From assembly GCA_019187665.1 (NCBI GenBank), contig JABARH010000003.1, positions 222,982-254,981 of the forward strand: 32,000 nucleotides of DNA. Direction: 5' to 3'. This DNA is from Anaerolineales bacterium. GTDB lineage: Bacteria; Chloroflexota; Anaerolineae; Anaerolineales; Villigracilaceae. Shown here piece after piece: positions 1-6,550 of this stretch (position 1 is the first letter of the stretch; each line of letters starts with the position of its first letter). Below the pieces are notes generated by a model that searched no databases, was not told the origin of the DNA, and saw nothing but the letters and a program-made list of their open reading frames with translations. A program made the translations under genes and the position numbers.

Positions 1-650
1 CGCAATGCGCGTTCGTAACGCACGGCATTCAGGGCGGCGGCTATATGCTCGAAATGAATCGCATGCAAGCCATTGCTGCCGACCACGCGCGCAAACACGC
101 GGACAAGACGTTTAATTATGCGAGCAATTTGTTTTCAGGGATCCCGCCCACAGGCGGCGCGCCTGCTTTGCGCATGACCGAGTATTGGGCATACTTGAAT
201 CAATCGGGTTGGTTGTACGATGCGGCGTCGAGATCGTATTGGCGCACGGTGGACGATTCGACCGAGGCCAACGCGGGAATTCAACGTCTCGAAGTGGACC
301 GCTTGAACGGACGGCAGCTGCAATTCGAGAATGTTATCGTGGTTTTCGCCGAAGTGGATGTGGTCTCGCCGACCAATCTCGACATTCATCTCGAACAGGG
401 CAGCGGCGGCCCGGCGCTGATCTTTCGTGACGGGATGAAATACAATATCCGCTGGAGCACGCGCTCGACCGCCTCTGAACAACATAGCGGACAACGTGAG
501 CCAATGCAATTTTTGAACGCGGACGGCTCGCCCTTTCCGTTGAAGCCGGGGCGAACGTGGGTGATCGTCCTGTCGCCGTTTTCGCTCGTCAACGAATCTG
601 CGCCGGGCGGGTGGGTCATACGGTACGCACGGGTGAACGGCGAACAGTAA
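1..650 (+). CDS. DUF3048-like secreted protein, C-terminal part (gene starts upstream of the window)
   Basis: Frame 3 is open from base 3 to the TAA at 648-650, with no stop upstream of the listed ATG at 45, so the CDS enters from the left edge. The C-terminal sequence (GGPALIFRDGMKYNIRWS, PGRTWVIVL) resembles the DUF3048/YerB C-terminal domain from memory. Confidence 0.45.
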   Translation, partial: QCAFVTHGIQGGGYMLEMNRMQAIAADHARKHADKTFNYASNLFSGIPPTGGAPALRMTEYWAYLNQSGWLYDAASRSYWRTVDDSTEANAGIQRLEVDRLNGRQLQFENVIVVFAEVDVVSPTNLDIHLEQGSGGPALIFRDGMKYNIRWSTRSTASEQHSGQREPMQFLNADGSPFPLKPGRTWVIVLSPFSLVNESAPGGWVIRYARVNGEQ

Positions 651-727
651 CACGGGTGTATAATGGAAATCATCGCCCTTCTTCGAAAACCAAATCAATT
701 TTCATTCATTCTTAGACGGAGGAAGAA

Positions 728-1741
728 ATGAGCCGCTACAGATTGGTTTCCAGTGCGACACTGATCCTGCTGGCCGCGCTGGCCTGCAACCTGCCGCAGG
801 CTTCCGCGCCGGTCGCGCCGCCAGTGGAAATAACCGTGATCATCACCAATACCGCCGCGCCTCTGGTGCCCGGCGCCCCAACTGCAACCTTCACGGCGAT
901 TCCTTCGGCGATCCCTCCGACCGGCCTGCCCACAGCCACCGCCTGCTCGCCTACTGTGACAGCGAGTTCCAGCATCAATGTCCGATCGGGGCCTGGCACG
1001 GTCTATACCGTGATCGGTTCCATGTCGACCGGGGAAACAGCGGGGGCAGCCGGGAAGAGCAATGACGGAACATGGTATTACATCAATTTTCCCGGGGGAT
1101 CCGGCGGGTATGGCTGGGTGTCGGGGAGTGTTGTCTCGGCCGCGTGCATCCCACCCACACTGGCGGTAATCGCCGCGCCGCCAACCCCGCTCCCTGCCAG
1201 TGGAACTTGCAGGGATGGATACGTCTGGCGGCTGATCACACCTTCCGATAAGGTGTGTGTCACGCCCGCCGCGAAGGCCCAGGCCGAAGCGGATAACGCC
1301 GCGGCCAACTCGCGCAAGATCGTGAACGTGTACGGCATGGACGCCTGTATTTCCGGCTATGTCTGGCGCGAGGCCTATTCCGGCGACGTGGTGTGCGTGA
1401 CCCCGGCCACGCGCAGCCAGGCCGCGTCGGATAATGCAGCCGCGGCTGCGCGCTGGGTGGTCGGCGCGTATGGCCCCCATACCTGCATCGCGGGCTATGT
1501 CTGGCGCGAAGCGCGCCCCGGAGACGATGTATGCGTTACCGGCACAGTGCGTTCGCAGACCGCCGCCGATAACGCCGCAGCCGGTTCGCGCAAGGCAGTG
1601 AACGTGTACGGCGTGAACGCCTGCATCTCCGGCTACGTCTGGCGCGAGGCCTTCGCGGGCGATTACGTGTGCGTGACCCCGGCAGTAAAGAGTCAAGTCG
1701 CCGCGGATAACGCCGCCGCGCCCAGCCATACCTGGCCGTAA
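728..1741 (+). CDS. Secreted (possibly lipid-anchored) protein: signal peptide, Pro/Thr/Ala-rich linker, SH3b-like domain, then four tandem 46-aa Cys-containing repeats
   Basis: GGAGG RBS at 717-721 and TATAAT at 659-664 lie upstream. The N-terminus MSRYRLVSSATLILLAALAC is signal-peptide or lipobox-like. INVRSGPGTVYTVIGSM...GWVSGSVV matches the bacterial SH3 pattern. It is followed by repeats of C-x2-GYVWREA-x2-GD-x-VCVTPA-x3-Q-x3-DNAAA. Confidence 0.8.
   Translation: MSRYRLVSSATLILLAALACNLPQASAPVAPPVEITVIITNTAAPLVPGAPTATFTAIPSAIPPTGLPTATACSPTVTASSSINVRSGPGTVYTVIGSMSTGETAGAAGKSNDGTWYYINFPGGSGGYGWVSGSVVSAACIPPTLAVIAAPPTPLPASGTCRDGYVWRLITPSDKVCVTPAAKAQAEADNAAANSRKIVNVYGMDACISGYVWREAYSGDVVCVTPATRSQAASDNAAAAARWVVGAYGPHTCIAGYVWREARPGDDVCVTGTVRSQTAADNAAAGSRKAVNVYGVNACISGYVWREAFAGDYVCVTPAVKSQVAADNAAAPSHTWP
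1208..1738 (+). repeat. Intragenic tandem repeat, period 138 nt (46 aa): three full units plus a 39-aa terminal unit
   Basis: The first Cys codon of each unit falls at 1208, 1346, 1484 and 1622, exactly 138 nt apart. Each unit has two conserved Cys and the GYVWR(E/L) core. Confidence 0.9.
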
Positions 1742-2085
1742 AGCGGGAAATCCAAAATGTCCGTTCGCCAACCTTTGCGATCTCCCGGTCGCGAAGGTTG
1801 GCTTTTTTTTCTGGAAGATTTATGCATGCCTATCTTGTCCGGCTGACCCCTCCGTTTCGGGGTCATGCCGATCCCGGTCAGGCCGTGCCGATGGAGAAGC
1901 ATATGCGTGACCAATTTGAGTATTTGAGAATCAAATCTCCGCTTCCGGTCTCGCCGATTGTGAATGACGCGGATCTCCGCGGCTTCAGGCGCGGAATCCA
2001 TCAAGTCGTAGAAACGGTCAACGAGCGCGCGTACGCCCGTCTCGCCGCCGAGGAGTTCGTAGAGAGAATGTTCGGAGTCAATCAT
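1693..2085 (-). pseudogene. Globin-like (truncated-hemoglobin-type N-terminus) ORF, probably decayed
   Basis: The first ~35 aa (SLYELLGGETGVRALVDRFYDLM) resemble the N-terminus of bacterial truncated hemoglobins. The rest is Arg/Lys-rich low complexity and lacks the expected GHP-x-LR-x-RH region. The ORF runs through the neighbour's terminator and 49 nt into the convergent CDS. Confidence 0.3.
1768..1810 (+). terminator. Rho-independent terminator of the SH3b-repeat gene
   Basis: A 13-bp stem pairs ccaacctttgcga with tcgcgaaggttgg (one G-U), with an 8-nt loop, followed by c plus T8 at 1803-1810. Confidence 0.85.
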
Positions 2086-2091
2086 AAGTAG

Positions 2092-2487
2092 TTATGGATG
2101 AACGACTTGCAAACCTAAATGCTTTTCATAACCATCGAAATCGCTATCGTTATGTAGCAGTTGATGGTCGTTTTCGATGCAAAAGGTGGCAATCAAACTA
2201 TCTATGGTTTTGCGAACAGTAATCCCTTTTTGGCGCAAGAACCGAAAGTTCCTCGCGCTCTGAACCGCTAACTCCGTTCCAACCATATCGGCTTGAATGA
2301 ACTTGCCAAGCACACGGCGAACCTTCTCAAAATCAGACACGCTCCGAAAGCCTTGCAAGATTTCAGCGAGAATCAAATCACCAACCAATATCGGGGTCCG
2401 ATCTAGGTTTTCGTGGAGATAGTCGGTCTGTGGATTCTCAATTCCATTGAAATAATCCACCCAAACGCTGGTATCAACGAGAAGCAT
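2092..2487 (-). CDS. vapC: Type II toxin VapC (PIN-domain ribonuclease)
   Basis: MLLVDTSVWVDYF is a classic PIN N-terminus. Acidic residues are spaced as in PIN domains (D5, E42, D97, D116-like). It lies 2 nt downstream of the antitoxin ORF. GC is lower than in the flanks. Confidence 0.9.
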   Translation of the reverse strand: MLLVDTSVWVDYFNGIENPQTDYLHENLDRTPILVGDLILAEILQGFRSVSDFEKVRRVLGKFIQADMVGTELAVQSARNFRFLRQKGITVRKTIDSLIATFCIENDHQLLHNDSDFDGYEKHLGLQVVHP

Positions 2488-2489
2488 GG

Positions 2490-2696
2490 TCAGTTCGTTG
2501 AAACGCGCGATTGACGCTGTTCATCTAAATTGCCAACCCAAGCCATCTTGCCGCGCAAAGCGCGCACATCAGTTTGTTCACTCAACAAGATGAGCAACCG
2601 CAATGCTTCATGTACCACTTCGCGTTTGGTTTTGATGCCCGTTACTTTTTGGGCGCGTTCGATAAGCTTGTCATCTAACACAATGTTGGTTCGCAT
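2490..2696 (-). CDS. vapB: Type II antitoxin VapB (ribbon-helix-helix type)
   Basis: I start it at the ATG at 2696 (MRTNIVLDDKLIERAQKVTGIKTKREVVHEALR), preceded by the AAGAGGA RBS. The listed longer ORF starts further upstream inside the palindromic operator. Confidence 0.85.
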   Translation of the reverse strand: MRTNIVLDDKLIERAQKVTGIKTKREVVHEALRLLILLSEQTDVRALRGKMAWVGNLDEQRQSRVSTN

Positions 2697-2713
2697 CGCA
2701 TCCTCTTTCTCAT

Positions 2714-2748
2714 GTGTATAATTTTCACATGTTGTGTGTATTATACAC
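2714..2748 (-). promoter_or_regulatory. Candidate vapBC promoter/operator: 9-bp inverted repeat carrying TATAAT
   Basis: GTGTATAAT (2714-2722) and ATTATACAC (2740-2748) are perfect inverted repeats 17 nt apart, immediately upstream of vapB. TATAAT reads on the minus strand at 2745-2740. Confidence 0.5.
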
Positions 2749-2824
2749 TGAAGCAATCCCCTACGAGGAAAATGTCTCCATCATAGTGTTGGGGGATTGC
2801 TTTACTCGCTAACACTCGCTCGCA

Positions 2825-2852
2825 ATGACAGTGACACATTTGGCTTTATAAT
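2825..2852 (+). promoter_or_regulatory. Candidate sigma70-type promoter of the thiolase gene
   Basis: ATGACA (2825-2830), 16-nt spacer, TATAAT (2847-2852). AGGAG RBS at 2863-2867 and ATG at 2874. Confidence 0.45.
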
Positions 2853-2873
2853 CGCCTCATTCAGGAGCAACCC

Positions 2874-4070
2874 ATGACCAAAGAAACTGAAGCCGTCATT
2901 TTATCCGCCGCGCGGACGCCGATTGGAAAATTTCAGGGCGCGTTGAGTTCCGTCCCTGCGACGCAACTTGGCGCGATCGCCGTGAGAGCCGCGGTGGAGC
3001 GGGCAGGCATCCATGCCGAAGAGATCGAAGAAGTCATCATGGGCAACGTGGTGCAGGCGGGCGAGGGTCAGGCTCCCGCGCGGCAATCGGGAATTTTGAG
3101 CGGCATCCCCGCCACGGTCAGCGCGAGCACGATCAACAAAGTCTGCGGGTCGGGGTTGAAAGCCGCGATGATGGCGAGTCAGGCTGTTCGAGCGGGCGAT
3201 GCGTCGCTCTTCGTCGCAGGCGGATTCGAATCGATGAGTCGCGCTCCATTTCTCGTCGCGGGTCGTTCGGGCGAATTAAAATTTGGAGACCAGCCACTCA
3301 CCGACGCGCTTCTCAAAGACGGCTTGTGGGATCCCTTCGAAAATTGGAGCATGGGCAACGCGGCGGAATTTATTGCGGATGAATACGAGGTGACGCGCGA
3401 GGCGATGGACAACTTTGCGCTTCGCTCGCACGGGAAGGCTGTTGAGGCGCAAGCGGCGGGCCGATTCGCGCCTGAGATCGTCCCCGTGCGAATCGAATCG
3501 CGCAAAGGCGAAATGATCGTAGACACGGACGAAGGTCCGCGAAAGGATTCGACTCTCGAGGCGTTATCCAAACTCAAGCCCGCGTTCAAGCCTGGCGGAA
3601 AAGTAACTCCTGGCAATTCGTCGCCAATGAACGACGGCGGCGCGGCGGTTGTGATCGCTTCGCGCGCGTATGCTGAGAAAAATAAATTGAAGCCGATGGC
3701 GCGCGTGGTGGGGTATGCACAAGCCGCGCTCGAACCGAAATATTTGTTCGCCGCGCCCGCTCATGCGATTCCGAAGTTGTTGAAAAAGATTGACTGGAAA
3801 CTATCCGACGTGGACTTGATCGAACTCAACGAAGCCTTCGCCGCGCAAGTGTTGGCAGATGGTTATGCTCTCGCAGATCAAGGCTGGGATTGGGACAAAG
3901 TCAACGTCAACGGTGGCGCGATCGCGTTGGGGCATCCGCTCGGCGCAAGCGGAGCGCGTGTGTTGACGACGTTGTTGTATGCTTTGAAAGATCGTGGGTT
4001 GAAGCGCGGCATTGCCTCTTTATGTTTAGGTGGAGGCGAGGCGGTGGCGATGGCGGTTGAAATCGAGTAG
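2874..4070 (+). CDS. Acetyl-CoA C-acetyltransferase (thiolase II)
   Basis: Full-length thiolase pattern: active-site Cys in NKVCGSGLKA, the NEAFAAQ motif, and C-terminal GGAIALGHPLGASGAR and CLGGGEAVAM (thiolase signatures). Confidence 0.95.
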   Translation: MTKETEAVILSAARTPIGKFQGALSSVPATQLGAIAVRAAVERAGIHAEEIEEVIMGNVVQAGEGQAPARQSGILSGIPATVSASTINKVCGSGLKAAMMASQAVRAGDASLFVAGGFESMSRAPFLVAGRSGELKFGDQPLTDALLKDGLWDPFENWSMGNAAEFIADEYEVTREAMDNFALRSHGKAVEAQAAGRFAPEIVPVRIESRKGEMIVDTDEGPRKDSTLEALSKLKPAFKPGGKVTPGNSSPMNDGGAAVVIASRAYAEKNKLKPMARVVGYAQAALEPKYLFAAPAHAIPKLLKKIDWKLSDVDLIELNEAFAAQVLADGYALADQGWDWDKVNVNGGAIALGHPLGASGARVLTTLLYALKDRGLKRGIASLCLGGGEAVAMAVEIE

Positions 4071-4123
4071 ACACGTACACAAGTAGACAGGTAAACACGT
4101 GTGTACTTGTGTACGTGTTTACC
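4067..4123. repeat. Octamer-built hairpin element abutting the thiolase stop codon
   Basis: Four direct octamers (GTAGACAC, GTACACAA, GTAGACAG, GTAAACAC) are followed by three inverted units (GTGTGTAC, TTGTGTAC, GTGTTTAC). This gives a perfect 15-bp stem (4071-4085 with 4104-4118) and a competing 11-bp stem (4090-4100 with 4113-4123). Confidence 0.85.
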
Positions 4124-4137
4124 CTCACGGAGACACA

Positions 4138-4986
4138 ATGACCATCAAACACATCTTCGTCATCGGCGCAGGGACCATGGGCAACGGCATCGCGCAGGTC
4201 GCGGCGACATCGGGGTATCAAGTCACGTGCATGGACGTTCAGTCCGCCGCGCTGGAGAAAGCCAGAGACGCGATTGCCAAGTCAACGGCGAAACTGCTCG
4301 AAAAAGGGACGATCACCGCTGAGGGCAAAGCCTCCGCCGATGCGATTCAATATGTGTCGACCATGGACACGATGAAAGAGGCGGACTTTGTCATCGAAGC
4401 CGCGACGGAAAACCCCGAACTCAAATTTAAAATTTTCAAAGACATGGATGCCAATGCCCGTACAGGCGTGATTTTGGCGAGCAACACATCTTCGATCTCG
4501 ATCACCAAAATCGCCGCGCAGACCAACCGTCCCGACAGAGTGATCGGGATGCACTTCATGAATCCCGTGCCGTTGATGAAACTGGTGGAAGTTATCAAAG
4601 GTCTCGCCACCAGCGAAGAGACGCTCGCCACAACGCTGGAACTGTGCAAGGTCATGGGTAAGGAAGCGTGGGAAGCGAACGACGCGCCAGGCTTCATCTC
4701 GAATCGCATTTTGTGCCCGATGATCAACGAAGCGATCTTCGCCCTGCAAGAAGGAGTCGGCACGAAAGAAGCGATTGACGCCGTGATGAAACTCGGCATG
4801 AATCACCCGATGGGTCCGCTCACGCTGGCGGATTTGATCGGGCTGGATGTGGTGCTGTTCATCATGGAAGTCCTGCACCGCGACCTCGGCGAAGACAAAT
4901 ACCGCCCCGCGCCTCTGCTCCGCAAGATGGTGGATGCGGGGTATTTGGGAAGGAAATCAGGGAAAGGGTTTTATTCATACTCGTAA
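4138..4986 (+). CDS. hbd: 3-hydroxybutyryl-CoA dehydrogenase (NAD-dependent 3-hydroxyacyl-CoA dehydrogenase)
   Basis: Starts at the ATG at 4138 (GGAGA RBS upstream). Has the [12 protein letters not shown] Rossmann motif and the typical NTSS, MHFMNP and GFISNR motifs. The listed 4099 start lies inside the hairpin element. Confidence 0.93.
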   Translation: MTIKHIFVIGAGTMGNGIAQVAATSGYQVTCMDVQSAALEKARDAIAKSTAKLLEKGTITAEGKASADAIQYVSTMDTMKEADFVIEAATENPELKFKIFKDMDANARTGVILASNTSSISITKIAAQTNRPDRVIGMHFMNPVPLMKLVEVIKGLATSEETLATTLELCKVMGKEAWEANDAPGFISNRILCPMINEAIFALQEGVGTKEAIDAVMKLGMNHPMGPLTLADLIGLDVVLFIMEVLHRDLGEDKYRPAPLLRKMVDAGYLGRKSGKGFYSYS

Positions 4987-4993
4987 CTTTTCG

Positions 4994-5025
4994 TGGTATG
5001 ATCGTCTGAAATTCAGAAAATCAGA
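4994..5025 (+). promoter_or_regulatory. Candidate extended -10 promoter plus palindromic operator of the AbrB/RelE-ParE module
   Basis: TGgTATGAT at 4994-5002, the perfect palindrome TCTGAAATTCAGA at 5005-5017, and a third TCAGA half-site at 5021-5025. ATG at 5039. Confidence 0.45.
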
Positions 5026-5038
5026 CATCCGAGGCGAT

Positions 5039-5359
5039 ATGACCGAGAAAAAATCCTACTACAAGACCCGCCTACGCGGGCGCGGACAGATCACCATCCC
5101 GCCTGAGATCAGAAAGAGATTGAAGGTCAGCGAAGGCGATGACGTGCTGTTTTTCGTCAATGAACTGGGACAGATCGTAATTGATCAGGTTCAGATCATA
5201 GACCCCGAGCAAGCCTGGTTTTGGACCGAACGCTGGCAAAAGGCGGAAATGGAATCGCGGCGCGATTACCTCAACGGCGACTTTTTCGAATTCGACAACG
5301 CAGACGACGCGATAAAGCACCTAAACGAGTACGCCCATGCCAAAGATAAAAACAAGTAA
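5039..5359 (+). CDS. AbrB/MazE/SpoVT-family antitoxin
   Basis: Starts at the ATG at 5039 (GAGG RBS). RGQITIPPEIRKRLKVSEGDDVLF is the SpoVT/AbrB looped-hinge DNA-binding motif. It overlaps the downstream toxin ORF by 23 nt. Confidence 0.8.
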   Translation: MTEKKSYYKTRLRGRGQITIPPEIRKRLKVSEGDDVLFFVNELGQIVIDQVQIIDPEQAWFWTERWQKAEMESRRDYLNGDFFEFDNADDAIKHLNEYAHAKDKNK

Positions 5360-5603
5360 GCGTTTTATGGATGCTTACGCGGACTTGCCGCTGGATGTCC
5401 GAAAAAAGATTGATAAAGCCATTAAGTTTCTAAAAGAAAACCCGCGTCACCCTTCCCTGCAAACCAAACCGATCAAAGGCGCGCATGGGTTTTACGAAGC
5501 CCGCGTAGACATCAACTATCGCATGACGTACATCCGCCTGCCTGACGATACCGTTGAAATGAGTAACGTGGACAAGCACGATGAAGCGTTGAAAAATCCG
5601 TAG
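5337..5603 (+). CDS. RelE/ParE-superfamily toxin
   Basis: 88 aa and basic. The pattern NPRHPSLQTKPIKG...YEARVDINYRMTY...HDEALK is typical of RelE/ParE-fold toxins. It is overlap-coupled to the AbrB-type antitoxin. Confidence 0.75.
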   Translation: MPKIKTSKRFMDAYADLPLDVRKKIDKAIKFLKENPRHPSLQTKPIKGAHGFYEARVDINYRMTYIRLPDDTVEMSNVDKHDEALKNP

Positions 5604-5610
5604 GGTATCA

Positions 5611-5647
5611 AGAACTCCGAGATGCTTGCGCGAAATCTCGGAGTTCT
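5611..5647 (+). terminator. Hairpin (terminator-like) after the RelE/ParE toxin gene
   Basis: Perfect 13-bp stem AGAACTCCGAGAT/ATCTCGGAGTTCT with an 11-nt loop, 8 nt after the stop. There is no clean T-tract immediately after it (the TTTCTTTT stretch lies about 14 nt downstream). Confidence 0.5.
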
Positions 5648-5982
5648 GCTATTGGGGGCATTTCTTTTCGAGAGTAAAATATACCCATGAGCGCTAACCA
5701 TCCACGAATTTCAACCGCGAATAAACGAATGAGCCATCCCTCCGTTCACGCATTCATGGACGGCGATTCCTCATCTTCATCCCAACTTCTCATACACTTC
5801 CCCTCGCGAAGCATCCCTTTGGGACAAATCCGACCCCAGACTTTGAATCCGCATCCCAACTCCCGTTGTCGTATTTGGGGGAAGACGGAAGGGGGCCGAT
5901 AACCATGCCCCGTGATCAAACCTACATCCTAGCCGAAAAGAAAATCGAACAGGCGCGGCGCTCGAAAAACCACCTGAACAAG

Positions 5983-5991
5983 TGGTAGAAT
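5983..5991 (+). promoter_or_regulatory. Candidate extended -10 element placing the DUF2442 mRNA as leaderless or near-leaderless
   Basis: TGgTAGAAT at 5983-5991. The ATG at 5998 begins 7 nt after the -10 hexamer and no Shine-Dalgarno is visible. Confidence 0.3.
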
Positions 5992-5997
5992 CGCAAT

Positions 5998-6291
5998 ATG
6001 GAAGAGAACATACCAGTTCTAACCGAAGTCAAGCCGCTAAAAGATTTCCACCTTCGCGTTAAATTCTCGGACGGCGTGGAAGGCGAAGTTGATTTGTCCG
6101 AATTCGCGGACAAAGGTGTTTTCGCGCTATGGAACGATTACAGTCAGTTCGAAAAGGTGACGATCGGGTCCAGCGATGAATTGGTTTGGAATGAAGAAGT
6201 GGATATGGACGGATTGGGAATTTACCTGAAGATCACGGGCAAGAATCCCGAAGAGGTTTTACCTAAACTTCAAGAACCTTCTCATGCCTGA
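5998..6291 (+). CDS. DUF2442-domain protein
   Basis: The pattern VKPLKDFHLRVKFSDGVEGEVDLSEF...W matches DUF2442 from memory. It overlaps the next ORF by 8 nt. Confidence 0.75.
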   Translation: MEENIPVLTEVKPLKDFHLRVKFSDGVEGEVDLSEFADKGVFALWNDYSQFEKVTIGSSDELVWNEEVDMDGLGIYLKITGKNPEEVLPKLQEPSHA

Positions 6292-6544
6292 GATCAGCCG
6301 CTTTTTCGGGATCAGCATCAAAATGTTCTTTGGCGATCATGTTCCGCCGCATTTTCACGCCGAGTATGGGGAATACAAAGCGCAAATAAATATTCGCTCA
6401 CACAATATCATTGCGGGAGATTTGCCGCCCCGCGTTCTTGGAATGATTGTCGAATGGGCATCGCTGCATCAGGATGAATTATTTGAATTATGGGAACTTG
6501 CATCGAAGAACCAGCCTCTGCACCGTATTGAACCGCTCAAATAA
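6284..6544 (+). CDS. DUF4160-domain protein
   Basis: MPEISRFFGISIKMFFGDHVPPHFHAEYGEYKA is the hallmark DUF4160 N-terminus (FYGI-x-I-x-MY-x2-DH-x-PPHFH). Confidence 0.8.
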   Translation: MPEISRFFGISIKMFFGDHVPPHFHAEYGEYKAQINIRSHNIIAGDLPPRVLGMIVEWASLHQDELFELWELASKNQPLHRIEPLK

Positions 6545-6550
6545 ATAGCC

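Noticed and set aside
1-30. GCGTT-cgt-AACGC mini-hairpin at the window start, resembling the inner stem of the 26-nt repeat
   Set aside because: Only the 5-bp stem is shared and it lies inside an open coding frame. The similarity is too short to be meaningful.
695-1771. 358-aa minus-strand ORF antisense to the SH3b-repeat gene
   Set aside because: It is Arg/Gly/His-rich low complexity that mirrors the sense-strand repeats. It has no RBS and runs through the sense gene's terminator. This is a typical high-GC antisense open frame.
4847-5038. Upstream extension of the AbrB antitoxin ORF (listed start 4847)
   Set aside because: It overlaps the 3' end of hbd out of frame. The ATG at 5039 has an RBS and follows the promoter/operator-like palindrome.
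5687-5902. 71-aa plus-strand ORF in the RelE/DUF2442 intergenic region
   Set aside because: It is Ser/Pro/His-rich with no RBS or recognisable motif. The region contains imperfect hairpins and looks non-coding.
5905-5988. 27-codon ORF MPRDQTYILAEKKIEQARRSKNHLNKW, reminiscent of the N-terminal helix of LRR/ROCO-type proteins
   Set aside because: It is too short, has no RBS, and its stop overlaps the candidate -10 element of the next gene. At best it is a gene fragment.
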